DNA of 64,000 nucleotides from Selaginella moellendorffii. Lineage: Eukaryota; Plantae; Lycopodiophyta. The position numbers and the translations under genes were made by a program. The stretch covers positions 87,116 to 151,115 of the forward strand of contig NW_003314327.1 of the NCBI RefSeq assembly GCF_000143415.4. Direction: 5' to 3'. The notes under the pieces were generated by a model. It did no database searches. It had not been told where the DNA came from and saw nothing but the letters and a program-made list of their open reading frames with translations. This document shows positions 63,939 to 64,000 of the stretch, piece by piece. Within the stretch, counting starts at the first letter, position 1. Each line of letters starts with the position of its first letter.

Positions 63939-64000
63939 CTCTCAGCTAGAATCCCTCCTTTGCTTCGCGGCTTCTCTCTCGGACTCAAGCAGAGTGCTCA

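Overview
Gene-dense eukaryotic plant DNA with very short (about 50-60 bp) GT-AG introns and spacers often under 200 bp. This is most consistent with a compact lycophyte genome such as Selaginella (inference). Apparently intact conserved genes are RPT1, SDH1, MSRB1, an intronless Ser/Thr kinase, an Spg1/Tem1-like GTPase, a Tim17-family/B14.7 protein, a NIP7-type aquaporin, a RETICULATA-related protein (spanning an assembly gap), an SHW1-like protein, a DUF1005 protein, membralin, a TCHQD-class GST, an M28/ERMP1 peptidase, PUR5, a DUF1995 protein and a U/P-type cyclin. Three accessory zones interrupt them. (i) At 6.5-12.8 kb is a run of pseudogenes (FYR-domain protein, PPR, nitrilase, FAD oxidoreductase) around an intact kinase. 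(ii) At 16.6-28.4 kb is a rearranged patchwork: an F-box / long microbial-type 2OG-Fe(II) oxygenase / NIP module that is tandemly duplicated, with inverted copies, a micro-inversion and a chimeric NIP-LRR ORF. (iii) At 44.5-59.4 kb is an AT-rich transposon island with a Copia-like remnant, a PIF/Harbinger element carrying a captured intron-containing zinc-finger fragment, and LTR-like repeats. The strongest leads are the 2OG oxygenase with its kb-scale inverted repeat, the gene-capturing Harbinger, and a chain of splice sites that may join membralin and the DUF1005 gene in one transcript. Family assignments come from motif recognition and recall, not database searches. Multi-exon CDS coordinates give the start-to-stop span.
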